From the NCBI GenBank assembly GCA_032718475.1, contig JAUCBJ010000160.1:5108-69107 (forward strand): a stretch of DNA of 64,000 nt, given 5' to 3'. The notes beneath the pieces were generated by a model, which made no database searches, was not told the DNA's origin, and was given only the letters and a program-made list of their open reading frames with translations. Source of the stretch: Nemertoderma westbladi. Its lineage: Eukaryota > Animalia > Xenacoelomorpha. Of this stretch, positions 48,341-61,800 are shown piece by piece. A program made the position numbers and the translations under genes. The stretch's first letter is position 1, and each line of letters opens with the position of its first letter.

Positions 48341-51300
48341 CAATACATTTTTAAATAATTAAAACGGATCAGTTTTATTAAGATTAACAGAAGGACCGAT
48401 GAGCCATGAAACATCTGAAATGAACTCATTCATTTTATCCATGAACTACAGTACATATTTAACCAAAAATGAACTGAAGGAACTCCGGCAGAGCGGGCTT
48501 TGTGTTGTTATGGCAAACTCCCTAAGATAGCAGGTATTCTAACATTATGAAAATACCACCGATTTCGAATAGTGATAGACGAATGAACACAGATTTGGTA
48601 TAAAAATAAATAAAAATGATAAAACAGAACAGAACAGAACAGAACTTAACAATACTATATTTAAGAATATAACGTGTTTAAATTTTAACAAAAATAAAAT
48701 AAAATAAACCACCATTGACAATCTTGACTTTCACAATCTTAACATTCACAATCTTAACATTCACAATAGCAACGTCCCAATATCATTTATTGCATAAATA
48801 GACATAATAGTAAAGAACATCGTAATAGGAACAGTTCCTTTAAAAATAGAAAGATTCACCCAATGAAAGAGGTTTGTTAATATTTTCCCCTCTACTAAGA
48901 ATTAAGTAGTACCAATTATTGTACCTTCAAATTGAAAACGTGAACTAAATCCATTGGTTCAGCCCATTGTCACTTTAAAGCAGTTACCATCAAAAATCGC
49001 ATAAAGAACTACAGTATATAAGGCTACTGTATTTCTATTAGTAGGCCCTACTACAGTATATAACATATTGCAAACGTTATCGTATAGTTTTACTTCAGGC
49101 CAAATACGTATATTATCCAGTGTGAAACCTCGGGTAAACCTCTCTGTGTGAAATTGGCTGTAATTCTCAAAACTTCCTATTGCAACACGAATAACAAATT
49201 TCACCGACCAGTTGAATACCGGTAATAGCTGAGATACTAAGCTTGATAAAATATTAAGACTGACTGACAATATAGATTTGTTGATGGCGACGTTCATTAC
49301 TAAACTGTATGAAGGGTAACTGTGTGTAAACTGTAGAAAACTGTACGTGGTTTGCCCTTCATTACATATCTTAAGAACATGCTAGTACACTATTGTAGGC
49401 CTATTTATATTTTCTATTGCGCCTCTAAAGATACAGTATCATACGCTTGTCTTCAAATGCCATTGTACAATAATTAATATCGTAAATAAATACTCCAACT
49501 GGCACCTTAAACAAATTTTCTCTACGGCAATAATAGAACCTGGCAATAATATGAGCTTACCTGACACACAGCCTTCGAAACGTAATGACTGCTAAAATAT
49601 TCACTAAACTAAGAGAACTCTACTGAAATAATACAACGCAAATAATCGAACGCAAATATAAAAAAGAATTACACAAAAAATACGACATATAAATAAAGTA
49701 ACTCCCGTGATATTTCCCGACCTCTAACACTATCCCCCAGTCGCTGTTGTGAATAAATACCTCGCGTGTCCAGCCAGACAGAGTAATACAGTAGGACTTA
49801 AACTCTACCGATAACACCACTGACTAGTTTAGTAGTTAGTCAACGCGTTATCCAGAGGTAGGTAATCCGATTCTGGAACGTAAGCGAAAGAATGTAGAGC
49901 GCACGCGTCGGCCAGGAGTCGAAGTCGGAGAAATATATACATAGTTCCGGTTCCCACGGTTACTGGTGTTGGGTAAGGCAGATGGGGTGGGGGGGGGGGG
50001 GGGGATTGAGCAAATCCCTCCTCCACGAATAATATCTAGTTTAGTCTAATTAACTATGTTAATTATTAATTAATACAAAAAAGTTAATAGTAGCAACAGC
50101 AGAATTGTAGTTTAATTTTTGGAAGCAATCAGCTGATTTTAGCGTCGACTTTCCCCAGGAGAGGGATAAATTTTGATATTGAAATTTGAATTTTGAAATA
50201 GCCCCACCCTACCTGGGTCGGAAGGGATAGTTGCAGGGACGGCAGAGTTTGATGTGGGGTTCCACGAGTGGTCAGTTGAGTTGCTCAGTTACTGGTAATT
50301 ATATATTAACATCATGGGACTAGTGCCCTGAACGTCGCGAGTGAGTTTTACTCTTTACACACTGGGTCTCGACTGCCAACCAACCACCCTGACGTCAGTT
50401 ACGTAATAGACAAAGCGGCGCGGCTGCAATTCAATAGTTCAAGTAATTAAATATAAACTTCTGTTCGTTTATAGACAGCACATACATTACAGTACCCATC
50501 GCACACTATATAAAGCAGTTACATTGTCACATCAGTGTACATCAGCGTCTGTAATACGCGACACATAAATAGGCCATACTTGTCCCGAATCGAATTCTAT
50601 ACAGTAACGAAACTACAGTACAGTATAATGTACATATAAATTGGTAATGTGCGTTATCGATATGTTTGTGTCAATAAAAAACACAGACACAGTGTATGTG
50701 TTATATTTCAATTAGCCTGAAAAGTAATGCACAAATACACAGTATATTTTTATTTCACTATTTTCTATAGTACAGTATTAGTGGTTATGCAGTTATGGTA
50801 ATGGCAAATGAAGAGAACAAGCAAAACAACTCAATCGTACATTCTGTACAGTAGAATTCTACATGTATAGTAACGTGCATAATACATATTAAAAAGTACA
50901 AATTAAATATTTCACAAGTTGCTTTCAAAATTTAAAGTAAATTAAAATGAATTAATAGTAATCAATTTATTAATTTCAGTAAAATGATAATAAAATAATT
51001 GAAACACTTATGATTCGTTATTTTTCTATTTCCTGTAACAGAATAATAATTCTTTTTATATAATTAATGTAATGGGTTGCTAAAAAATTAAATATGGAAA
51101 TCAAGATTAGGGAAGAAATGGATGGCCACGAATTTATAAAATAAATTCGTGCCAATCCATCAATATTGGTTAGCATTGCGTGTCATTGTTTAATTAATTG
51201 GAATGCGAATGTAATTATATTGCATATAAGTTATATAATATTGAATCATAATTTATATCTATCTCACACAAATATTTAACATGATTACAATCAAATACAT

Positions 51301-51589
51301 CTAGATATGAAATAATAACATTTTGTTATGATTTCACAATTATTGTTATACTGTAATAATCACTTACTGTTGTGTCGGGAATGCAGGGGGTGGGGGTATC
51401 AGTTCCAGATGTATGAAGGCCAGAGAGACAATACAATAGCCTGGAGGTGGGCGTTGTAGACTAAACTGACCTATGTTTACTTAGTAATTATAAATATACT
51501 GTACAATATCATACGTAAAAGAAATACAGAAATACAGTATTTTCCTATTTCGCGGTAATTCTATCTACTGTATAAAGAATGAAAATAGA

Positions 51590-52759
51590 CTAGGATGATG
51601 CAGAAGTGCCGGTAGTAGTAGCGGATGTGGTACTCGTATTAGTCGAAGTGGTAGTAGAAGTAGTAGAGGTGGTGGTAGCCGAAGTGACCGCAGCAATAGC
51701 CCGGGCTCTGGCAGTGGCAGAATCTGCTGGGCTCACAATCACGGTTCGTGGTTGGACCGCAATAACAGGAGTAAAGGAAGGCGCAGCTGGCAAATACTGC
51801 ATCGACAAGTTTGTCTGCTGGAGGGCAACGGATGGTGATATGGCAGCTATGTGCATATCGTGCACAGATAATATAATATCATCTGTGGCAGCTTTGCCAC
51901 ACTTGTACCACCCCGAGATGGTGAAACCCCCTTGCTCATTGATAGCCGTAGCCATTTTAGTTATGTTCTCACGTAGGTTATTGCTATCGAACCGTGAGCG
52001 GGGCAGTGTCAAAGCCTGACTTGACAAAAACAAATTTGTCAAACCCAAGCTCTGCCACAAATCACCATTCTCGAATGGTATCAGATGATCGCTGGTTAGA
52101 GCAACCACCACAGCAGCCAATGCCCATCCTTCTGTAGACACCTTGTCGATGCAGCAGCACTGCATCGTTGCCTTTCTCCTATCACAGAGAAATCCGGAGC
52201 AGGTAGGTCCCACTATCTGGGGAATGTCAAACCGCAGTTTCTCCCCCACCAGGCGAAAATGGTGGTACGCCATTTCTTCCTTGGAGGACATATCTAGAGG
52301 CAAAGAGTATAGACACTGACTTTGAACAATAGCAGGAAGTAGTGGAGAATGTGTATTTATAATAGGATTATCCAAAGAGTGGTGGAGGTAATCTCCTGTA
52401 AATATAGGATCACAGATTTGGACCACCCCTCCAAGTTTTACCTCGCGATGGAGAAATAGATTGCGAGAATGGTTAGAATCGCGGGTAAAGATTGTAAAAC
52501 ATAGGTCTGAATCTAGATCTCCAAGCACTACCTCCCGGTCAAAGGCTCCCTCTTTCTTGGCCTGCTTAGGTGGAGCAGACCCACCACCTCCGAACCCTGG
52601 CATTCGCCCCACACGTACGTAGGGGAGGAGGCGTTCTACCCGGGCAATCATAAGAATAACTCCCATCAGTACCGTCTGATTAGGAACATACAGTTTCGAT
52701 TGGTACCCTTGTACCACTTCTTGTATAGAAACCCGACGCCGATTGTTTATTCGATCCAT
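51590..52759 (-). CDS. 389-aa protein of unknown function (putative OB-fold plus Cys cluster), probable accessory gene of the Helitron-like element
   Basis: Uninterrupted GC-richer ORF in AT-rich DNA; ATG at 52759 preceded by acceptor-like cattcag; beta-rich N half; CSGFLCDRRK..QCCC; Thr-rich tail. The fold call is inference only. Confidence 0.7.
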   Translation of the reverse strand: MDRINNRRRVSIQEVVQGYQSKLYVPNQTVLMGVILMIARVERLLPYVRVGRMPGFGGGGSAPPKQAKKEGAFDREVVLGDLDSDLCFTIFTRDSNHSRNLFLHREVKLGGVVQICDPIFTGDYLHHSLDNPIINTHSPLLPAIVQSQCLYSLPLDMSSKEEMAYHHFRLVGEKLRFDIPQIVGPTCSGFLCDRRKATMQCCCIDKVSTEGWALAAVVVALTSDHLIPFENGDLWQSLGLTNLFLSSQALTLPRSRFDSNNLRENITKMATAINEQGGFTISGWYKCGKAATDDIILSVHDMHIAAISPSVALQQTNLSMQYLPAAPSFTPVIAVQPRTVIVSPADSATARARAIAAVTSATTTSTTSTTTSTNTSTTSATTTGTSASS

Positions 52760-53926
52760 CCTCACTACTGAATGAATTATTTAATCTTTAATTACTGCAG
52801 TAATTAATGGTTATATTACTTTAATACCAAAATATTTAGTCACTTTAGAAAATAATTAAACGCATTAACTGCTTAAGTAATACATAATTTAATATACAGT
52901 ATCTATCTAATTTAATATTTATTTGAATTATTTGAATGAACTGTTCATACTGTAGTCGTAAAATTTAATTACCGGTAGCTTACTATTTCTGATTTCAATC
53001 TAAAATCCATTACGCTTGTACTTACACTTGTTTATAACCATTCGGTTATTTAAAGAATAAATATGAAAATTATATGACGGTTGCCGTGGGACATTAAATT
53101 GAAACATATTTTCCACTACCGCAACAATAATATGTCAGTGGTATGTGTCACTACCAGCTAAGCCAAGGTGTACAGTACTGAATAACTAGTTCACTTTGAG
53201 ATAGGAAAATACCTAACCGGTATTAGAAGACTACTACTCAAATAAATACCGGTAATTCATTTTCTGGCTACTGTAGTTTTAATTATTTTCACTAAGAATT
53301 AACTTACCTTCAGCCAGTCAGGTATACTAAAGTTTAATTTAGTTCAGAAGCGTTTGCTGTTTGACTTAACTGGGTGTTTTAATAGGCCTACCCGCGGTAT
53401 CGGAAACGCTTGACTAAACAGTTATGACTTAAAACTGAAAGTTTTTATACCGGTACTAAACATGACTGGTGAATACAGCTACAGCGGTACAAACAGTACA
53501 GTTGACTTTTAATACTGAAAGTATTTCTGGCAATCTGGTAGCGCTATTTGAATACCAGTAACTGATATAGGCCTACTGAAACAGGGGCCTGAACATTTAT
53601 TAGTGATTACAGTAACAGCTGTCAGGCTGTACAAACAGTGGCAATTATAATACTGGAAGTATTTATGGTTGGGCTACTTAACCTCCATCTTACCATAGTC
53701 TGATAGTAGCATAACTGATATAAGTGGACTAACAGATGGTCAGATAGTTGATGACCGGTTCCTGGTATAGGACCAAGCTGGTGGCATTTACTACCGCGGT
53801 ACTAAAAGTATTTCAGCCTGCCTGACAGCCTGGCCGTCTGATTTTGGTAGCGCTTACCGGTAGCGGTACCGGTCTGCCGGTGTAGTTGCTGCAATCAGTA
53901 GTTACTGTATGTACAGTATCTTTTAC

Positions 53927-53940
53927 TTTGGCGCCCAAAA
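53927..53940. promoter_or_regulatory. E2F-like near-palindrome TTTGGCGCCCAAAA in putative bidirectional promoter
   Basis: Matches TTTSSCGC; lies between divergent splice donors (minus strand AAG|GTAAGT ~53308; plus strand TTG|GTAAGA ~54150). Confidence 0.35.
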
Positions 53941-55801
53941 GGGTTGGATTCCCGTTTTGTTTCTTAAATTTTAAGTGTTTTTAACCTGAATTATTATTTA
54001 AGATAGGCAATTAATGAGTTTCGCTATCGGTAACATCTGTTGTCATTGTTTTACTTAGTACTACAGTCAGACAGTATCACTTGGCCAATTATACCTGATG
54101 ACAGGGGTTAACAAACAGACAAATTAATCAAACAAATAGATTGGTCATTGGTAAGAAGTATAGCGGTCGCGGACGATGTAAACGAATTCAGTATGTCGTA
54201 ATGTCGATTAGCGTACTACGTCTCATCGCTTACTCTTCGTCTCTCCGCCCATAACGATTACAGATACAGAAACAGATGATTATAGATGTTACAGATGTTA
54301 TAGAAACAGATGATAGATTATTGTAACAAAGTATAACAAACAGGTTTGTTAATCACGTTTAGTTTGTTCTTGTACCTTATGCCAACCGCTACTGTCTTTC
54401 AACAATATCGTAGGTCTCCCATACAGTCAGACAGTATCTTAATAATAATTACACACATGTGGGTGGAATCACATTGAAAAGTTGTTTTACTAAATATAAA
54501 CTCATACTAGGCCTATAACTAATACCGAACTCGAACTGTAATTTAGGCCTATATTGTACTTTATGTAATAAATTTCAAGGGGTGAAAATATCGTGACAAT
54601 AAATTATTAGATTTTATTAATTGATGTACGCAGTTCGGTATGATAAATGCTTGCGATACAGATAACAATTAACCTGCATATTCGATGGTATAATGCTGTA
54701 TAAGCCTATGTATTATACTGTAGGTCGACATTTATTTCGTCACTTTCCATATCTAATGAATTATTCTGTATACTGTATAAGTACTGTATTGTGCAATATT
54801 TTTCTTTCAGTGCTTAATAATCACACAGTGTTTATAAGGAGGTTGGACCTAACGTTGAACCTAACAAGGAGGTTGAACCTAACCTAAAGATTCTTCGGAT
54901 GATTCTTCAACTAAATAAAAGTATATCACCAATGCTTGCAAATGGCCTGCTGATTTATTCTGCATTATAAGCTGATACCGTTAGTACAGTCTGACAGTAG
55001 TATATAAATAAATTATTATAACACGTAATATTATTATAGTTATCATCAACATAACAAACATTAGGTCTACCGGTAATTATCTTATCAATTAAAACTCAGT
55101 ATCTATTAGCGACGGGAACAACATTTTCCCTGCGAATTACGTCGACTCAATTAGACGGAAATCAATTTATTTGAATACGCCAATAATAAATTACAGTACG
55201 TACTGTAGGCCTACCTACTGTACCGGTAAAATTACTTTCATTATACAGTTGGTATATACTGCCTTTTAATCCTTAACTAGTTAATCTAATTAACCTTTTA
55301 CTTTACCACCATCGTTTAATCGTTTACATTAATTTTATTTACTTTTCAGATATATTCATATTTCCACGACGAACCTGTTATACAGTAAGTCTGTTGAAGA
55401 TAAAGTTTACATTCTGCTTGGATCCAGTTAAGTCTGCTGTGGGACAAGCGTGGAACTTTACTGAATATATCGAATATTCAACTGAATATAAATAAGTATA
55501 CGAATTATTTAATTAAATATTGGAAATGTTTGTTTATTGTTAATGTTTATATGTTTATTGTTACTGTTTAAAAGTTTAAATGTTTATGTTTATTGTTACT
55601 GTTTAAATGTTTATTTGTAAATGTAAATGTTTGTTTGTACTGTAGGATATTTACTTGGATCAATTGGGTTAATTTTGCCTTATTTGTTGTTAATTACAAT
55701 ATAAAACATATATGTGTAGGCGTACTGTAAGTCTAATATTACATTAAACTATTAAATCTGAGTATCTGTGGTGAAGGGTCTAAATCCTTTCTAAAATCAA
55801 A

Positions 55802-58800
55802 ATGCCTTTCGTGTCCAAAAAACGAAAACGACATATAAACAAATGTTCCAAATGCCAATGCATTATATCGAACGAACGGTCGGGTTTATCCGACGTTTGC
55901 GACCGCTGTGAATTGTCTGCTGTTGGTACGTCATCCATAAACAGCGAGATTCCTCTATCAAACGCCAACGATCCCCAAATTATCACTAGTAGCCAGATAG
56001 TACCACGTGAGGTACAGGTCATGTTACCAACAGACACTGACTCTGACGTAAGTATTAACCAGGTTGTTTCGACTTCCCAACCTGGTATAACATTACCAAC
56101 CGGCTTTGATTCTGACGAATTAATTAATATCATTGGCCTCGAAACAAATAGCCAAATAGAACAACCGGAAGTGAACGTAGTCTTACCAACCAATACTGAC
56201 CATAGTATAAATAGTATCCAGTATCCAATTATTTCTCCCGATAACTATTACAAAACTGGATTTGAGTCGGAATCCAGTTTGGAATATCCAGACAGTGACG
56301 TCGCGGACGAATCTTTTCCGACATACCAGAATGAGTCCGCCACTCAGGGCATCCTTGTTGACCGCTGTCAATTATGTAGTCGCTTTTGTAGTACACATTC
56401 CGATTATTGCAAAGCCCATCAAAAGAGATGGGATAAACGAAACCCGGTAACTAATACATCTACCAGTCTCAGTGTAGCGTCAGCTACTATAGAATGTAAT
56501 GCTAGTGGCAGTGATGATGGGAGTATAAGAACATCATTGACCGATGATTCATCGTCATCATTTGATTTATCAGATGATGATGATATTGACGACTTTGCGT
56601 CGGATGGAGAGGTAATTCCAGGTGAATCACAATTATCCAACCAGCCTCTAGAAAGGCGTAAATATTGTATAATATGTAACAATACACTCGTTTCACATAA
56701 TTCTATGTATTGCACGTCACATAGAGCCATCCAAACAGTTCGCTCTATAACCACATTGAACACAAATGAGTCAGATATTGCGATGGTACAGCAACCATTA
56801 ACACACAGCACAGAAATTTTAATGTGCCAGAATTGTTTTCGTTGGGCTCTACCTTCCAATGATATAGACCTCGGGTATATACTCAGAAGTTCCGTGGCAT
56901 TTACTAAACATTTCCGCCATATTCATAAACATTCTGCGGACGCATATACAATATTATGTACATTATGCGCTGTATATTTGACCACAAAATATAATAAATC
57001 CTCCGCCCGCCAATGGCAGTTCATGTGGCCCTCTGTTCTCTGGCACCTCCTTTCCGTTAAAGGTGTGGTTGATGATTTTCATCCGTGGAAATTCATCACA
57101 ACATCCTTGCGGGAATCGTGGTTGCCTTCAGTGTCCCAAATGCACCACTCATTAGTTGATGTCACCATAGAAATGCCGCCACCATATTTCAGAGATATTA
57201 CCACTGATATCTCGGTGTTTCTAGATGACATCAACTCGATGAAACTCGTGAGACTCATAGCCGCACTTAATCGACACCCAAGTTGTTCGGTTAGATGTGT
57301 TTATGGTTGTCACGAGTTTCTAGAATTCTCCAAACCAATATCATTGGCGGCGATATTAAATGAAGTCGTCCCCGACTTCACTGTCTACTGCTCTAAACAT
57401 CTGAAATATATGCGTCCTGATTGGATGGAGACAGTAAGTTTCCTCGAAATTTTCCAAGTTGCGCCGTCAGTTACGATATCCAACGAAGAGGGATTGTGTA
57501 TCCGTGTGTGTAAACTACATAAGGGTGGCAATACTCTTCGCTACGTACACGTCCCACCAAACCCTGTTGTAGGGAGTTTCCCCTGCACAATTCCCGACCG
57601 CCTTGGCTCTGCAGTCTTTGTTCCGAGAACATTTCGGACAGCCAAAGCCGGATACGCTTCCCACACCTACCAGATGTGGGAGGAACAGGGAGCGTATTCC
57701 GGTATGACCAGCTTCACTCTCTCCACTGATCGACGTTTTGATGTCACAGACGAGAGAGTGGGGCAGTTAGAATCTTTATTGCTCCAAACTCGCCCAGATT
57801 GCCTGGCCCTACTTTACAATCTTGTAAATAACGGTCAGTTGTCTGAGCAGACAATGGAGCAATTTATTAATGTTCTTAAACCTTTGGATTTACAGGGACT
57901 GTTTTCCGCCCTATCCAAAGGTACTGCAGTACCTCTATCAAGTGCTTTAGCACTACGGGACCAGTTAGGGACTGTGACTGTTCCTAATCTGGAACATATT
58001 CAGGAAAATGATCCGGAACATATTGGATCACTTCCTGATGATCAGATTGACCAGGTTTTAGAGCAAGTTTCTCTGGGGAACGTAGTTTGCGACCGCGTTC
58101 AGTCACCAGTTTTGTTGGCTGACCAGGGTGATGCCGTTGTTGAACCACTTAACAACCACCCAAATATACCCGAACCTGTAATAGGTACTGTAGTTGGAAA
58201 TCCGGTACAGTTCAACTCGTCCCAAATGAGATTGTGGCCGAAAATTATCCCAAACTTACAAAATTGCGACGGCTACGGCGCTATGCCCTTAGTACCTATC
58301 ATAAAAGATAATAGCAACTTGGTACTGTATCTTTGTTCTTCCATTTCACTTAACGTGGATGCAGTGTGGAAGTCATTACAACTTTCAGTCAATGACGGAA
58401 ACTTCAAATGGTGTGGCTATCTGCTACGCTATTTGTCTAAGTATATTACACCCTTCACTGCGTCAAAAAATAGTAATAGAAATATACCATTCATTAAACG
58501 ACCAACTGATTTACAAATTAATGAAGTTTTACGTAACATCCCATCAATGGAGAGCGCAGAGCCAGTGCAGCAGCAAGTTGCTACTATCTTCTCCAAGTTG
58601 AACAAAATAGAATATATTCGGATTGAACATAGATCCATTATTTCTAATGAAAATGTGTCTGAATTTGTTCAGAATCTCCCACCATCTTCAGAAGTGAATG
58701 TCGTATTTATATCGACAGTAGAAAGGCCATCACCGGCCTTTTCCACTCCATTTGTCCCGGCGAAAATTATTTCCATAAACAATATCAATACCTGGCAATT

Positions 58801-61800
58801 ACGCCTCCTTGCCACTTCGTCCTCCACTTCCGCCATCATATACCAGTCATATCCTTTCGGGGTTAATGGCTGGTATATAGAGTCTAACAAGACTCCAACA
58901 AAGTCGCCAGTGCTGCCGACTGACATACTGCGGAAATGGTCTCTCGCAGTCTATACAACTATATATACTGTAGACGGCTCCCTTTTGAGGGACCAAACCT
59001 TACAATCAATGGGTGGCCAATCTAAAGTTAAATGTGCCACACACCAGCTTCCTTTTATTAGAGAACTGCGAAATAATACATACAAATGTGGAGAAACATT
59101 AGAAAATGGGACGAGGTGCAAAAGGGTGGCTGCTTGGAGGTGTCCAGCATTTACTGCGCAACCCTGCAAGCAATGCGCAGCTGCACTTTGCAGGAAGCAC
59201 TGGCAGTCATGTTCTTCAGATCGGGGTAGTTTCATTGTTCCTCCACCGGAAGATGAGGCCATCCTGACTGTAGAGCATGATGAGCCTTTTCGTGACGATG
59301 ACGTCATTGATGACGTATATTGTGACGTGTCCCCGGAAGTAGAGGTCATCTCTCAAGAACCTCTAGATTACACAGACGATCTAGAATTTGCAATGAACTC
59401 CGGTGTATTTTCTGATGACACCGGGCATGACCCGGCAGGTGCTGTTCCTCAGACAGACAGTGGTCTGTCGAGCCTTTCTTTTAATGTTGAAAGAAAGATG
59501 GTCCCTGGACATGTTATTCTCAACCACGGGATGGGACTATTACAACGAAGGGGACATGTGGTAGACACGCCCGCATCGTTTAAGAGATGGCTGGAAAATC
59601 TCGTAGCTACTACACCAACAAAGTCCGTATCATTAATGTACCCCGAGTCAATTCTTTTCCCTTCCATTTTTTGGCAATTAATGGAGGATGGTTCAATTCC
59701 GGGTGCCATACCTCATCCCCTTTGGGGAAATTCCAGCGCCCGGAAAATGTTGGGGTTTGAAAGCCTAAGTAAACAATTGCAAGTGCGGGTTTTAAACCAA
59801 GACCTTTTAACCTCCACTGACCCCCGTTACTTACAATTTATTTTTGACGCATTACTAAATGTGTTATTCACACATTCGGACACCAGATTTGTTTCCAACC
59901 GTGGCTGGGAAGACATACTAAATTTTGCTGGAACCCTGCCAAAAGGAAATCAGACAGGGTTATTAAACCTGGATGTTACTGACAGTAACACCCGGGTGAT
60001 TGAATTGGCTAGTTGGCTAGCCGAGAGGGGTGAGCCTACATATTTTTATACTCACTCCTTCTCCATGGACAGCCACTACGGCGTCAAGCCTATATTTCAC
60101 CAGGTAGAATGTATTGTCGAGAAACACCGCCAACAATACATCTTAGATAACGGACTTCCCTGTGTTGGGGAAACTTACACTTGTAAGATGGCAGAATCGA
60201 TCCGCCAGTCAGCCATGATCCAGCTCCTCCGGTCCGTCCAAAGAGCTGGATCTTATCATATGAATTACATTAGATTTTCAGCTGAGCAGCCTCTTGGTGA
60301 GGTTGACGATATGTGGTACACCTGGGAGTTCCAGGACACCAAAGGGAATGTACCACATATACATTCTCTAATCATAGTAAAGAATGCCGACAAAGAGTCT
60401 GATGAGGTATTTCTCCGCATCAGAGCCTCCGAACAGACATTCTTTACTAAGGATGAGATTGAAGAGTTCCTTGCTGAGGGTCTCATTCGAGACAGAGACC
60501 ACCTGGATGAGATTTACCGCAATCTGGTACGTCTCATCCACGATTGTGAGAAATCGGGGTTTACCTGCCATAAGAAGGTAGACTCTTCCGGACAGCGTAT
60601 TTGCCGCAAACACGTGAACCCGCCATCGCATGGACATTATTATGAAGAGTTACCAAACAATCATTCCAAGGAAGCGTTACAGGTCTACCAACGACTGGGT
60701 ATGGCCACAATCAATGAATACGGCACCTTCCAATTGCATGCCCCAATCCGTGCTGGGAAACATTTCTACGCCTCAGAGTATACCTATCCAATATTCTCGC
60801 CCTGTAACAACAGATTATTTGCGGCCACACAGTGCAACGACAACCTATTGGTGTGCGATGGTTGCACCAGTTCACGTTATTGCGTCAAATACGCTGCCGG
60901 TGCTGAGGAGAAACGGGACGTACGATTTACCGCAGGCCAAGCATCGGCCAACGTAGTTCACGCTCAGGAGGATGAGCTGAAGAACATTAAAATTTCAGGT
61001 CCCGCCATTCTGCGCAAGGAGGAATTGGAGAAACAAGCCAGTAAACAAAAGACCGTGTTTGCTCGGCTTGTTGGTGCTCCTGAGTTGGGGTGGCACATTT
61101 TACACCTCCCCGTGACTGTCCCGTCGTCAGAATTTATCCATATTCCAACCACCTCCATAGAAAATAGGGCTGGGGTTGTTATGCCTTGGAAGAACCAAAA
61201 TCCAAAGCATCCAGCCCATACAGAATGCGAACGTGTTCGTTCACAACTGCTGAATCTACCATCCCATCGTCATTTCACATCGAACCAAACTATGACGATG
61301 GTAGATCAACAGGATTCCATCATATCAGTTGATCTAATGACGGTGTTTTGTCTGCGGCCACCAGAACTCTTGTTTGTTTTACGACCAAAGTTATATTTAA
61401 CTTGGTTTGCCCAAATTAAATTGCCATCCAAAAAATCTGAAATTAAATCTATACATGAAAGGAAATTAAGAACAAATATACGGGAGTCAATGTGGGTAGA
61501 TGGTACCAACCATATAGTACAACTACGACCATCTGCAGTAAATGAATTAAAATCATATTGTACAAATTATAATTGTAAACATGCCAACGATTCAGATCGC
61601 GTTACTGATATGCTGTCCATAATAGATCTAATAGAATTAAACGACAAGCAGGTTACTAATAATTACATATACCAAAATTGTATATTCAAAGACAAAATTC
61701 CAATTGCTTGCGACCGTACCATCACACCAATGAACCCTGTTAAATTCTTAGTCCACTTATTGTTGAGTATGGGGGAGTTTATAACAGAAATAGACCTGTT

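Noticed and set aside
48860-49640. Possible further REJ-gene exons (GSFENYSQFHTERFTRGFTLDNIRIWPE; donor at ~49560)
   Set aside because: Splice signals are present but I could not chain them in phase to the 43098 exon; left uncalled.
51606-52019. 137-aa Val-rich plus-strand ORF
   Set aside because: Antisense shadow of the Thr-rich tail of the 389-aa ORF.
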